Below, piece by piece: positions 46,932 to 61,854 of a stretch of DNA of 64,000 bases. Source of the stretch: Sphagnum compactum (Eukaryota); NCBI GenBank assembly GCA_965153455.1, contig OZ234494.1, positions 8,928,001 to 8,992,000 on the forward strand, given 5' to 3'. Numbering within the stretch: the first letter of the stretch is position 1; each line of letters starts with the position of its first letter. Under the pieces are notes generated by a model. The model was not told the origin of the DNA. It saw nothing but the letters and a program-made list of their open reading frames with translations, and searched no databases. Both the position numbers and the translations under genes were made by a program.

Positions 46932-47939
46932 AAGAAGCTGAGTTGTTCTCCCTCATTGAATTTGCTGCTATTTTCAAGACCAAAATTATAAAGACCTCAA
47001 TACCACCACCCAATTGTCTTGAGGGTGATGTTTTAGAGAGCACTTTTGTTGTCATATCTACAAGCTGCTGGGATACCCTAGGATCTGTAAATAGCCTTTG
47101 TGTCACAAGAAAGGGCAGGCAAAACTCATATAAAGTATACACAATGACAGAAGAAACTTTTGATGAATTTTGACAGACTAATTGTGAGAGTGAAGTGCAC
47201 ATATTGACCTGGGTCAAAGTTGAAAATGTGTTCCCCAGGGTCCAATCCTTTTACTACAACCCAAATTCCTCACAGGCACCTCATCACTGGACACAAATGG
47301 AGTCTACCCCACACACTCTATAACACAAGATTCACACAATGAGCATGTGGGATTTTGCACACTGGACATGTGGATCGTGAACAATTGTTAGGTTTGGTAG
47401 ACCCAAGAAACCTCTCCATAAAGAGCCAGAAAAAGGCCATAGGAAAACTATTATGTTCCTTTCAATCTAGGAAACACAATCCATGAAGTTGGGTACACAA
47501 AAAAGGTGATGAAATCAATTGTGCAACACTGCAAAGGTTTGTTGCTCAATCATTGTTGCTCTATCTTGTGAAAGTGAGCAAGATGAGAGCACTTCTGAAA
47601 TCACCCATGTGTGATCAAAGAAATGAAGCATGAAGCCAAGGAATTGAGGAGGGGACAAGGGGACTCTATTCCAGTCTCCAAACCCCAGTGTTGGACTTCA
47701 ATTCCCTGAACAAGAAAAGGTATGGAATCTTACAGTGGAACACAACCCATTCTTATTGTCCTACTGGTCTTAGCCACCACCATCATCATTATTATGGTGT
47801 GGAACCTCTCTCGTCAAATCCACAGGAACACATCAATGGTGCCAAGTCTCACAAATGGATCATACAACCCATTGCCTTTCTCAATCATGCTTACATGTCA
47901 AAGGATGAATGCCCCTGGGGCAGTAGTAGTTGCTGTTGC

Positions 47940-49830
47940 AGATAGCAGCAATTTGGGTCCTTACCTCATCAAGCTTGCTAAGCCTCATGCCTCTGGAGAG
48001 AACTTGATTACTTGTAAAATTGTTGCAAAATGTGATGGTGTGTTGTTGGACACCCTTCAATCTTCTCAACTATGAATTCATTCTTTTTGCTCTCAAGATC
48101 CTTCTGTTGCGCTTTTGAGACCACATCATCATATGTGAAGTTTGATGACTTTTACATGCTGATAACTTCCAAAGTCCATAGCACAGTCTACTGTATTGCA
48201 GAAGTATAGAAAAACCAATTGACACTTATGGACCTAAAGTTTCCAATTACAAGTAGAAATGCACAACTCATTACTCATATAATTCTGGTACTACAACATT
48301 TTTTAAATTTTGGAACATGATAATGGGGCTATTTTTGTAGGCAATGGAGTTTGTAGATGCAAGGGAAATGTGTGGGCATGCTAAATAATGACCCATACAG
48401 AACAAGACTGTGATTTGGGATCATTGGAAGAAGCTCTAAAGATCACAAGCTCCTTGCTACCATCCATAGCGCTGAAGGAGACCATGGCCAGACTTTGGAC
48501 TGTTTGGTGTATGCTAATTCCATCTTTGTGCAGCATGCTCAGGAGGTACAAAACTTGTACATGTCCACAGTCTAGCCCACTTTTAAAAGTATTGCATGTC
48601 CAATGGTTTTCCTTGTTTGGGATGCAGATTCTATCACATATAATAAATCCATAGTACCTATTGGCAGCATTTTCAAAGCATTGGATGAACTGAGATTCAG
48701 AACAATCAGGAGATGATCGATTCCAAACAAGTTGTGGAATGCTGTATTTTGAAAGGAACTTCCATTTCTCCATTCAATGTGGTAAATTTTGGTAATGTGT
48801 TCGAACAAACTGTTTGTGTAGATTGATGTGGCAACAACAAATGCAAGCATTGGAGATCTTACCTTCTTGCACTTGGTTGTGATGCTAAAGCAGTTTCGTA
48901 TTATGAAAAAGTTCTTACAGACTTCAAGAACTTGAAAGGAGATAACCACAGAATTGTAACATTGGCATATATGAATTTAGCAGAGTCCACCTAGGAACCA
49001 ACAAGCCTCATGAGGTGAAATCCTCTGTGAAGTTGCACTCCATATCTATGGAAAGCAAGGAGCTAGGTATGCCACCCCCTAGGGACATAAGCTCATGGGT
49101 TGGCTGACATTGTATCCATTCTAGATGAATTGAATGAGAAAGATCACCCTTTTCCTCCTCCAACATGCTTTCAACATTCTTGGCAAATCACCAAATGACA
49201 TGTTGGTCAAAGGATTAATATCTTCTTTTATACAAAATGAAATATCCATGCTCTCAAAAATGCAGATTGGCATCTTTTAGTATTGCAATTTGATGTGGTG
49301 GCTGATTTTGTAGGATCACGAATTGCATTGTCTAGAATTGGAGCTCAAATAGGAATCTTCCATTACATCTTGGAAGACTTTGACCTTGGATTGGATGCCC
49401 TAAGAAGTGTGGTGAAGAAACTCAAAGATGGACCAATGAGAACAATGGTTTTATTCAAGTTGATTTTGAATCAGATAGGTCTAACCTTAGTGGAGCTATG
49501 CGGCATCAAGTAAGCAGCCAATGTATTTGATGAGGCCAAGGATGTTTTTGAACAATCATCTAGACCTAACCATCTAAATACATTGGATGTATGTAATAAT
49601 CTTGCCAGCACATATGATGTGCTAGGGAGCTGGGAAGGTAATGAAACTAAAGACACATTCTCCTTATCTCTTTACATGTCTATTTTGTTTTGTCAAGTTT
49701 TATACTCATTTCACATTGGATATGGTTATCACCTAACACAAATGCCATCATCTTGTTGGAATGGATGTTGGAGGTGAAGGAGGAGAAACCGGCAACACAC
49801 CAAATATCCAAGATGATCATCAAATAGGCT
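47940..49830 (+). pseudogene. KLCR: Kinesin light chain-related TPR protein pseudogene
   Basis: Collinear remnants NLGPYLIKLA..ASGEN; AMEFVDAREMC; SLEEA.DHKLLATIHSAEGDH; DVATTNASIGD..KAVSYYEKVLTDFKNLKGDNH; IGAQIGIFHY..LILNQIGL..NTLDVCNNLASTYDVLG; LEVKEEK. These match plant KLCR proteins from memory; many stops and frameshifts. Confidence 0.82.
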
Positions 49831-52800
49831 TGTATGAACTTCCCAACCAACAAGGTTGTACCACTACGCACAAAAAGTCCTACAAGTTGGTGGAATTGCT
49901 TGTGAATGTTAAGAAAGCCTTCCAAACCTCCAAGTGACACTTTTTGTACTACATTCCCTACCACATCAACCTTTGCTTGAAGAGTAATTTGACACAATGT
50001 GTTTTTTACATCAAGATATGGGAAACAATGCAACTTCCAACTTGCAGAGGAAAAACCCAATGTACAAATCCAAGGATCAAAACTCACACCAAACCTAGTG
50101 GAGGTGGATATAATTTTGAAATCATAAGTGGAATACATGTATACTTTGATGAAATATTTAAGCATTGCATTAGTTGTGTAAAATTTGTGGAAGATTTTGG
50201 AACTTGGGCAAGTAGGAATTTGTAGTGGTTGTTATGGATTTGATGTATAATTTTAGAACAATGTAAATTTTCATTTTCATTTCAATTTATGCAGAGACTA
50301 ATCACAAAATCTTGAAGTCATTGGATTAGGCCCCTTCTAAAGGACTCTTCCATTCTTTGCCTTTGCAAACCAATTCCACATCTCACATTGTTGGGGTCAC
50401 AATCTTTTATGGACTTCTTAAACATGTAATGAATCAATGAATAGTGTACAACCCAATATCATACATTATCATTCATTGATCATTCATTGATCATTATAAG
50501 CAAGGATTCTTCAATTTGATCCTCATAGTTTTTATTAAATAGCTCTTTATTGAAGTAGTGAATTTCTTTGACATAAACATAATTTCCATTCCAAGATATC
50601 TAATAACATCCCGCAATGAATGTTTGCATGATAAAACTCATTTGCAATACATTTCTAAATCTAAAAGTTATTCCATGCTTTCCATCTCCCACCTTTGTTT
50701 CCTAAGATGGATATTCAATAGGTCTATTATATTTAGACCTTTAAAAGTATGTGGGTATTCTTCTTAAAGTCAAATGTGTAACATGTTCTTTATTAAGGAA
50801 GAGGTTTTCATTCTAATAAAGTTTGGTGCTTTTCATTTTTTTTTCATGCTTTATCCACCCATTTAGAAAACACATGGACCTTCATCCTTGGGTGTCTTCA
50901 TCCTAAGGAATTCTACCCATGACTTTTTTAAAGAACTTTTAAGAGTCATGTTGAAGTTTGGGGCATAGAATTGAAGCGATATGTTGAATGTTTTATTTTT
51001 AAATTATAAATATGACAAATAATGTTAATTTAATAAGTTCCAACCAAAAAAAATGTAAATTGAAAAAAGTGGAATCGTGTTTTGGTTTTGATGTAAGAGA
51101 TTTTTTTTACAAAGAACTTTGTAACTATCAATGTAATTAGGACATGTAACAATACAAATTTTATTAATTATCAACCATTGGTATGTATGTAAATGACTTA
51201 ATATTTCATTTTCATAATATTTTGATAGTTAAGTAACAATCTAAAGCTTTTTTGGTCTCTATGTGGCAACAAAAATTATATTTATGACATCCTAAGTGGT
51301 ACTCGTTAACATCAAGACACCTCATTATAAGAAAAGTTTTTGCAATAATAAGTGCAACTTTATCTTTCAAATGAAAGGGCAGCACATACTCAACATGAAC
51401 CCAAGACCCTATGAACATTAACAAAATAAATTAACTCAATGATCATACACAACTCACTACCATCTATTGGCATTTATCCAAATGCATTCTAGTGAGACAT
51501 CATTCCATGGGACTCTTGAATATGACTTGTGCAAGCCCAAATTTGAGATTTTTTAATAATGGACCCAATCCTTTGTGGCATTTGAAGTTTTAGAAGCACA
51601 ATGTAATCCATTAAATTACACCATCAAACATGAAGAGAACATCAATATGCAAGTTCTAGTTCAAAACATTAGTGGGTTTTGTTATGTTTTTTGATATATT
51701 CTATGATCTTGCACATGAAATATGTTACTTGGTGTAAACTACTTATTTATGTGGTTCATTTATCCTTTTATTTAATTGTTGTTGGGTTCTTACCCCTTAC
51801 CATCCATCTAAATACCACATACTTGATGGTTAGGGCCTTAAGCATCAAAGTTCATGTACAATTACTTATATACCCACAACCACACATTGTTCAAACCCCC
51901 CTTGATGACTAACATCATCCTACACAAAATGACAATATTCTTCCAGCACCAACTTATTACCAAACCAAAGGTTACAAATACTTTCATTCTAACATCTTGT
52001 TGATCCATACTCTTCCATCTTACCCTTCCTCAACAAACCAACACCCCCTTTAGATATGCCATCATACATCCTAACTCCAAAATCAATCATTGCATCAATA
52101 TTTTGTTGCACACATAGCTACGAAGCAAAATCATGTCTATATATCATAGCTTGATTTTCTTACAAGGATTAGTGTGAGCTAAACTACTTTTAAAATTGGC
52201 GAACCAATTTCCTTACTTTCTTTCCCTTTATATACACACGCTGGTGGTTTCAACCAACCCTTTAGCTATAAATGTTTAGTCATTATACTAACTACCTTTA
52301 CCATGTAGTCGATTTCTTGGTTCAACTTGTTTATCAAAAGCCTTAAACATGCCAGTTTGCTACTATTAGCTAACTTACTATGTTATATGGTTCAATTTGC
52401 ACATGTCGATTGATTAGCTAGTCCTTTGAGGCTTGGCTTGTCTTACCAGCTTGCTTTATGTTTTTTCAATTCAACCTTCTACTATTTTTGTTTTGGTTGA
52501 AGGTAAACCTTTCATTTGACCCCCAAATTTTGGCCTTTCATTTTTTTTATTTAAAATTAAATAGTTTCATGTTATTCAAATTAAGTTAATGGTACAAAAT
52601 AAATTATTTAATAGAATTTAGTAAAATGAATGTTATCAACAATGATCCAAGATTTACAAATAGTATAATAGTATTTGTTAGGTAAATATTTGAGGTACGT
52701 ACACTTTTTGTAAACTTATTAATATATATGAAATCATGAAATGCCAAGGTTCATGTGTAAATTTTTTTTCAATTTTGTGATGTTCCTCAAATGGCAACTG

Positions 52801-53118
52801 TCTATAAATATATTTAGTCAAATTTAACAATATTCAAAATATGACAATAAACATTTTTGAATACCCTTTGATATCGAAGGTAATTGTGGCAATTTTTGGT
52901 GAATGTTTAGGAGAAAAATATTTGGTTTGGAAAAACAAATTGAAAGGAATTCATGACAAAAAAATCAAAAATACTTTTGCAAAATGGAAAAAAAATTCCA
53001 TAATAAAAATCATTGATTCATGAATGAAATTTCAATCAAGGGAAAAAAAATGAAATGCTATGTATTGTGATATACTCATAAAACATAAAAATGTTTTGTT
53101 TTTTTTTGACAAAATTGG

Positions 53119-56100
53119 AAAGTTTAAGTTTATTGTGTTTGGCATGAAATTGTTTAGGAAATTCAAATTTTAACATACATTTTCTTTTTCAAAAGTTATT
53201 CAAATGCTACAATTGAAAATATGATTTTAAAACTTATTCAATAATGTATTTTTTAACACTTTATTATAATTGATAAATATTAAATTTAAAAGGTTTAAAA
53301 TAACTTAAAATAACATGTCATGAATAAATTTACAATTTGTTTTTGTTTAAATTGACCTACAATCCTTGTGAATTCAATGTGAATTAAATCATGCATTCAT
53401 TAAATCTTTAACAATGTCATTTCCATTATGTAAAATGTGTCCAATTTTTGAAGAATTGCAAGTTTTTATTTTCCCCAATATGATTCACTAAAGTTTTTTA
53501 TTTATTTCTATGATATTACTAAAATCACAATCATCCATAAGAAGATTTAGCCACATTTGGTTATAGACAAGTTATGGAGTTGGAAACTTGTTTAAATCCT
53601 TCAATATTATGGCTACCTACTATAATTTATTGTAAAAAATTGATGATATATAATTTTTTAAATTTAACACATTTTGATTTTTTTCTTTCAAATTTATCTT
53701 TTGTTGATGTTTTTGCCGCTTTAAATTGGCAAAAATTAGCCCAATTTTTTTTTAAACTAAGCAATCAATATAGCCATTTAATCTCAATATCATATTTGTT
53801 TAGCAACATGAATCGTACACTAAATACAAATGATTAATTACACAACTTTGAAAAAAACCACAATTTGTTTTTTAAATGATGTAAGAATATATTTTACCTT
53901 CGTTTCCTTTGTAAAAATAGAAATAACATATCTAATGAAATTTTAGCATTAAAGAGTTGGATTAAACCCCCCTTCCCCCACCAACCAACATGTTTTTATG
54001 GTTTCAAATTTTCCTAATTTGGCAATTCTTGTTCGGAAAAAAATGGAAATAATTACGAAAATTCAAGAAAAAATGTAAACAACAAAAAGTTTGCCAAAAG
54101 TTTGAGATCACAAATTTGAAGAAAAAACTCCTAATGAATAAAATATATATATATTAATAATTTCAACCTTAAACACATAAACATCAATTTTATTTGAATT
54201 TGTTTAAGTTCAATTTTTAAAATGACGATAAAATTTATCGATTTTTTTAAAACATTAAAATTAATATTAGTGATGTAACTAATGTTTACTTTGATAATGA
54301 ATTTCCATCATTTTGCAAACATAAAAAGGGGCCATCAACATCAACAAAACATTTTTAATTAAAAACAACAAAATTTTTAATTTTAAACTTTTTTTAATGG
54401 TATAATTCTATAATCGATTTTAGGATTTATAACCAAAATATAAAAATATTTTAACAAATTTATAACTCCATATACATGGTCTATAGCCAAAACATGGTTA
54501 AATCTTGTTGTTGATGATTTTGAAGAACACCAAAAAATTGAACAAATAAAAAGATAAAAATATTCATTCATGTAATTATATGATCACCATTTATAAATCA
54601 TTCATTTATTTGATTTTTAAAATAAAAATTCAGAACTCACCTTTAAATATTTCGACATAAACTTGTAACAAAATAAGCCTTAAAATTGATAAATCACGTT
54701 TAAAATAAAAATAAGAAGTAAAAAATATTAATAATTTTTAAATTTTTAAATAACTTAATTTTAATTATAATAAAATAATTTAAAAATAATTTAAAGAAAA
54801 TTTTAATTTAAAGAATTAAAAAATAATCATTTTTTTCAACATTGATTATTTTTTCATACACCAAGAGAAAAAAATGGAAAAAATTAAAGATTATTTCTAA
54901 GGGTTTTTGTGTGGCATCATGAACATGTATAATAAAAAACTTGTTCATGATGCCTAAAACAAACTAAGGAAAAACATACATTTTAATTTACATAAATGTA
55001 TAAGAGCTTAATATATGAAAAAATCGTATTTAGAAGTCTACATGCATCTTAGACTTTGCATGTATGAACATTTGACCTAATCATTAACCCATTCAAATAT
55101 AAATGTGAAATCTGCTTAATTTTTTATACATTTATTTTAAAAAATTATGGTGAATGCAAAATGCAACTTATAAATAATGGATTTAACATATTCAAAATGA
55201 ATGATGTACTCATGTGCAAATGTTGACAATTCAAAAGATGTGAAAATTTCACTAACCCATTCAAGTATAATGTGAGACATTAAGTTATTATGTGTGTTTC
55301 AATGTATACTAGTAAATGCACTATGCAACATTTGAATAATGGTTTCAATAAGTTCAAAGTGGATGATTCAATTCATGTAAATATGTTGATAGTTTTTAAA
55401 AATCTGAAAAAACTCACCAAACCATTGCATGCATTTTAATATATTCTAATAAATGCAAGATGCAACTTGTGAATATTGGTTTTTAACATATTAAAAATGC
55501 GGTTTAACTCATGTACACATGTTGATAATTCAAAAGATGTGAAAAAAATCAATAATTCGTTCCAATATAAATGTGGGGTTTTAAATTATTATTACATGTG
55601 TTTTAATAAATTATGGATAAATGTAAAATGCAATCCATGACTAATGGTTTCAACATGTTAAAAGTTGATGGTTCAACTCATGTACCATGTTGATAGTTGA
55701 AAAGATGTCAAAACCCATTATAATGCATTGTGTAAATAAAACTAAAGGCTACCTCAATTTTCACATTAACAATTTGAAATTAAAATAAAATAAAGTAGGG
55801 TTCAAATTATATTCATAAATGAAAAACATAGTGAACATAATAACTAGAACAACATTGACCATTAATTAGTGCAACAAGCCACTTGCAAACTTAAAATGGC
55901 TAAATGTAGTCGAAATATAGTCAAATCGGATAGTAGTCACAATTTGTGGGGGTGGAAAAAAGGACAAGATTTTTTCTTGTCATGCTTCTCAAAATTATGT
56001 GACACCCCAACAAAAACGGAATCATTTTTGAAAATGAACTTTTAAATACAAAACCAAAACCAATAGTGGTTTATGCATGTTGACAAAGGTTTTGATGTCA

Positions 56101-58670
56101 TTTGCCATTATGTACATGTTTGTAAATTACATTTTTACAAAATACGTTAATGCACACGTTCATCAAGGATTGAATCCAAGTCCTCATGGAAGCACACCAA
56201 GGTCTTAACCACCAAACCACTTCAAAACTTTATTAACAAAGAAAAAAAAGTTTAAGTTTATTGTGTTTGGCATGAAATTGTTTAGGAAATTCAAATTTTA
56301 ACAAACATTTACCTTTTCAAAATTTATTCAAATGCTACAAATGAAAACATGATTTTGAAGCTTATTCAATAATGTATTCAAAAAAATTATTATAATTTTA
56401 AAAAATTAAACTTAAAAGGTAAAAATTATAATTTGAAATTGCATGTCATGAATAAATTTACAAAATTTTTTTTGTCTCAATTGACATAGAATATTTGTAA
56501 ATTCAATGTTAACTCAAAAATGCATTCATTATTTTTTTACAATTATATTTTCATTACGTAAAATATGTCCAAGTTTTTATTTTCCCCAATATGATTAGGT
56601 ACAAATTTTTTATTTAATTTTGCAATGTTGTTAAAATGGTAATCAACCATAAAAAGACTACCACATTTGGTTATCGACAAGTAGTGTAATTGGAAACTTA
56701 TTTAAATTTCATGGTTACTTATATTATATTATATTATAAAAAATTGACAATTTATATTTTACATTTGACAAAAAAAATTCTTAATTCATAAAAATTATTT
56801 CAAAATATCTTAATATTGTTGGCCCTGTAAATTGCTAAAAATTGCCCACAAAAAGAAACATTAATTAAGTAGTCAATATAACCATTAAGACCATATTTGT
56901 TTAATAAGATGAATCATACATTAATACAAATGATATTTAATTACATAAATTTGAAAAAAAAACTCAACATATATATATAATGATGTAAGAATATATTTTT
57001 AAAGTTTTCTTTTTTTAAAGTAAAAGAAATTTAATTTGGTGAAATTTTGGATTTAAATAGTTGGATTATTTCCCCCCCCCATAACTAACATGTTTTTTTT
57101 GTTTCAAATTTTCCTAACTTGGTAATTCTTGTTAAGGAACAAATGGAAAAAATAATGCAAATTCAAAAAAATTACCAAAAAATTAAGATCACAAATTTCA
57201 AAGAAAAATGGTTACTCTTAATGACTAAATTTTTTTAAATAATTTTAATAATTCCAATATTAAACAGATAAAAACATTTAACATCAAATTTACTTGAAAA
57301 TTTTGAAGTTTAATATTGGAGATCATTATAAACCTTATCCAATGTTTTTGAAATTTTAAAATAAATACTAATGATGTAACCAATTTTTTTATTATGGTGA
57401 ATTTCCACCATTTTGCAAACATAAGAAAGACCATCACCATCAACAAATTTTATTTATTTTTTAAATGATATAATTTTACAATGGGTTCTAGGACTTGTAG
57501 CCAAAATATTAAAATATTTTAACAAAAGTTTACCTCCATATATGGCTTATAACCAAAACATGGTTAAATGTTTTTGTGGATGATCTTGAAAGATATTTAC
57601 AAAATTTATCAAAAAATTAAAAATATTGATGTCATTAATATTATCACCATTTATAATTCATTGATTTATTTATTTTTAAATGAAACTTTTAAATTCATCT
57701 CGAAATATTTATACATAAACCTATAACAAAACAAATTTTAAAAATTTAATGAAACATGTTTAAAATTAAAGATAGGTGTTGCATCATGAACATTAATAAT
57801 AAAAAACTTGTCCGTGATGTTTAAATAAACTATGGGAAAAATATACATTCTAATTTACATAAATGTACAATATTCAAAGTGAATGATTCAATTCATGTGT
57901 AAATGTTAATAGTTTAAAATATGCGAAAAATTTCAATAACCCATCAAGTATAAATGTGGGACATGAAATTATTATGTGTGTTTCAATATCTACTCACAAG
58001 TGCAATATGCAACATTTGAATAGTGGTTTCAATAAATTCAAAGTGAATGATTCAACTCATGTAAAGATGTTGATCGTTCAAGAAATGTGAAAAAAATCAT
58101 TAACTTATTTGAATATGATTGCAAACTATTGAATTTCATGTGTTTCGGTATACTAAAATAAGTGCAAGATGCAATTTTTGAGTAATGATTTTAACATATT
58201 AAAAATGAATGGTTCAACTTTGATAATTGAAGAGATGTGAGAAAAAAATTAATTCATTCCAATATAAATGTGAGGTTTAAAATTGTTACATGTATTTTAA
58301 TAAATTATGGTAAATGTAAAATGCAACTCCTAAGTAATGGTTTCAACATGTTAAAAGTTGATGGTTCAATTCATGTACCATGTTGATAGTTGAAGAATGT
58401 CATAAAAATCACGCCCCCACTATAATGCATTAATGTGTAAATTTCAATTTCCACGTCAACAATTTGAAACTATTATTAACAAGTAAATAAGGTCCAAATT
58501 ACATTCGTAAGTGAACAACATAATAAATGTAACAATTATGAACAATATTGACCATTAATTAGTGCAATAAGTCACTTGCAAACTTAAAATGGCCAAATGT
58601 AATTGAATTGTAATCAAATTGAATAATAGTCACAACGTATGGTTGGAAAGGACAAGATTTCTTCTTATGC
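53119..58670. repeat. Diverged AT-rich tandem duplication, offset about 3.13 kb
   Basis: AAAGTTTAAGTTTATTGTGTTTGGCATGAAATTGTTTAGGAAATTC at 53119 and 56247; collinear to GGACAAGATTT near 55962 and 58650. Confidence 0.9.
55085..55720. repeat. Degenerate 135-170 bp subrepeat, about 4 copies (again at 57870-58400)
   Basis: ATGTTGA(C/T)A(A/G)TT..AAAGATGT(G/C)AAAA-like motif near 55220, 55384, 55519 and 55688. Confidence 0.8.
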
Positions 58671-58744
58671 TAATTTAGGGAAGATTTTATGGAGGTTTCC
58701 ATATGTCCAGCAACCAAGGAACCTCTTAAAACCTTCATAATTGT

Positions 58745-58905
58745 AAGTGAATTAACTAAAAAGGAATTGAAAATGAATTATGAATGAGTGATGAGTGAAT
58801 TATGAGTTAACTATGAAAGAATTATGAGTTGACTAAAAGTGAATTAATAGTGAACTAAAATAATTAAGAGTTAATTACAAGTGGACTATGATTGGACTAT
58901 GAATT
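58745..58905. repeat. Degenerate minisatellite, about 11-bp unit (GTGAA(C/T)TATGA-like)
   Basis: Repeated GAATTATGA / GACTATGA / GAACTAAAA units. Confidence 0.7.
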
Positions 58906-58989
58906 TGTGGATGAAAATCCATGTGAATGAATTCCATTCACCATGTGATCATATCTGATGTTGGCAATCATGACATTATCATAGCAATC

Positions 58990-59300
58990 TCCCACCACTT
59001 CAATATCGAACCCTAATCTCCTTCATCTAGCATGTTAAAATGTCATTTCTATGGCAATCCACTTTAAAAGTCATCTCCATTAGAGTCCACATGCATGCAC
59101 CTAATCATCATTTTCTTGATATAATCATTACTTAAAGGGTTTGAAGTTACTTGCAATCTACCTTTGACTTGAATTTGATACTACGACAACTAGCAACACA
59201 TTTTTATACATAAAATCTTGGCTAACACAATTTGGCACAAGGGCATTGTAAAGATCTTTCATGTTATTTATCATCTTCTTCTCAATCCTAGCCTATCTAC
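58990..59300 (-). pseudogene. Second, more decayed relic of the transposase-like family seen at 17.6-18.0 kb
   Basis: Minus strand gives KNVLLVVVVSNSSQR*IASN...HVDSNGDDF...ILKWWE, paralleling RNIAKVLNV...SDVGDALW...V*WAFET; weak. Confidence 0.35.
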
Positions 59301-61064
59301 ATGAATACATGGCATATTCAAGTAAAGGGGTTAAATAGTCTTTTATCTTTTTTCATCTTAATTCATATCATGTGAGGCTTTCCTTATATCTTATAGTTCG
59401 TTTGCAACAATAATGCACTTCTTCCATCTCAAACAACTAACTGTAGGGACAATAACATGACTTGTCGGGCTTTGTCGGCACATTAGGATTAGTAAACATA
59501 AAAGCAATTCGTTTTTGCCTTTGTCATTATTGTTTTCAAAACTATTGTTTATATTCTCCCACCCTTCAATTTCTACAACACAAAACCACAATGTGTCACA
59601 TGTAAACATTAAACAAATTTGCTCAATTGTTAGAAGATATAACTTGAAGACATAAGTAATAATGTGCTTGAAGCACCACATTGATTGTTGTTCCTTTTGA
59701 AATGTGATGGACCTAAAAAACAACAAAGAAACTACAAAAGTGCTACTAAGGTTTTATTTTTCATAATGGAACAACTATTATTTTTTAATTATATCTTGCA
59801 AGCATCCTAATTTATGTTTGATCATTAGAGATCAACCATGCAAGATACAACGGAGACATACGAAAGAAAATACTCAAATGGTCATCAAGAGGAAGGGTTT
59901 CACTTCATAAACAAAGTTAGGAATACCCCATATCAAGAAAACAAGTATTCACTTTCAAATAATTGTGTTCTAAAAAGTTGATTTTTAACAATGGAGTAAA
60001 TGGTTTTTCTATTGTAGTACCTCTTGTAACCATCCTAAAAGTAATAAGCAACTTAAACAATTCCAATTCAACTTAATGTTAAGGTTTTCAACTTGAGGAA
60101 AACTCATCATACATTATTCATTCTAGAGATTAAACAAACAAAAATACAAAGGAGACAGAGGGGAAAAAGAAGGTGGGTTTGAAGAAGGAAAAAAAGGTGT
60201 TTATGAAGAATAAGGGTCTCCAACTATCATAAACAAATCACTATATCCTTGTCAAAAATATATGTATTGGAATATTATGATATATATTTTTTCTATACAT
60301 GATATCTTCAAATATTTATTTTTGTTCTTCATTTAATTGTTTAAGCATACTTTGATATTTTGATTCATCCATTATCATAGAATTTGACAATATTGTGAAA
60401 CCATCATCTTAAAATTTTTGTGTTTTATATTGAATTTATTGCATAATTGAATGATGAAAACCTTATGCAACTTTTTTAAAGTGATATTACGAGAACTTCT
60501 ACCTTGTAAGACTAATAAGGAATTGGAAAGAAGCGAAGAGGATTAAATATTAAATAATTGACATAGCTAGTTAGGACTAAAAATAGTTGGATTTCACTTG
60601 AAAAACAAGCATGAAATGTGTATGCATTGGATTAAAACCAAACTTTTATCCAACACAAAGGAATTTGAGTCTTACAAAATATTAAACCAAGTTTATGTCT
60701 ATGTTAATGTCTATGTTACAAATATCTTTCTTCCTCAAGTGCTCTTATATGTTGTTATTTTTGTGTAGTGAATAATATTGAAGTAGGTGTGTGCAAGCAA
60801 GTTCAAATGCTTGAAATTTTTCTTGTTACAATTTTTTAAGTAGGATACAATTTAAGAACTAAGACCAATGCCTTGCATGATATGCCATCATATGTTAATG
60901 GGGTTCTTGGATTGGGTCCTTTTATTTCTTTGGTAGTGAGATGATTTTGAAATGGTTTCACACAAATTATTGTTAGCAATGAAAATCCAACTACCAGTTT
61001 TTTACAATTTTAAGCTTCATTTATTTTCCATGGTGGACATTTCTTTTGCAATGGAGACAATTGA

Positions 61065-61854
61065 TGATGCGCTCCCAAGCTCCTAGTTAGACCCAAAATA
61101 GGTCTAAGTTATTCAAATAACGGAATTGTGAGGAACTCGGGGCACGCTCCCAGTTCTCAACACTAAAAGGGGTAGAGGGGCGTGCTGAAGCTTCGGGATG
61201 GGATTAGGAAGAGTGACAAGTTTTTAGTTACTCACTCGAATCTGCATCAAACCAACCAACAAGTTGGTTAGATCACTTTTTGGAGCACCTTTAGTGTTAG
61301 GACAAGCCACGGGCGACTCTGGACTCACAAGACTCACCACAGCCCGAACTCAGGGGAAGCCATCACCTTCCCCCATATAGTATTCTCTGCGTCTCTCCGC
61401 GAAGCCTACATCCGAATGGTTTTTTGTCCTGGGATTCCCAAGGAGGAGTCCCGAAACTATCCTGGTTTGGACTCCCACAATTTTGCGAGGCTATAACTCT
61501 TTACTTAGACCTCTGATTGGGACGAGGTCTAAAGCAAAGTTGTAGCTCTCATCAAGAGCTTTCCAACTGTGTGTTGCACTTTACCTGCACGCACCAAGGT
61601 CGAGTCGACTCTTGACTTTTAATGGCCAAAAGAAGGGCCATAACTTGTGCTACAGATGTTCAAATGGCTCATGCAAGCCCATTTTCGACATTTACACTTG
61701 AATAACTTTCCAATGATATAAAGAACTCTTCAATGCGAGGTGTTTTGACCCTTGCAATCGAACTCTGAAGTTTTGGGGTCCCTGAGGACTCCCAAGTCCC
61801 CATTTTGGGAGTGTGAGTGTCATCCTGACACTCTCTCAAAGTAGGGTTGCGACA
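61065..61854. mobile_element. Solo LTR of an unrelated LTR-retrotransposon family (790 bp, probably Gypsy)
   Basis: TGATGC...GCGACA ends, TSD ATTGA at 61060-61064 and 61855-61859, GC-rich island in AT-rich DNA, no PBS or PPT. Superfamily is inference. Confidence 0.88.

Noticed and set aside
50300-52200. Mutator or Harbinger transposase relic
   Set aside because: No diagnostic motif could be reconstructed.
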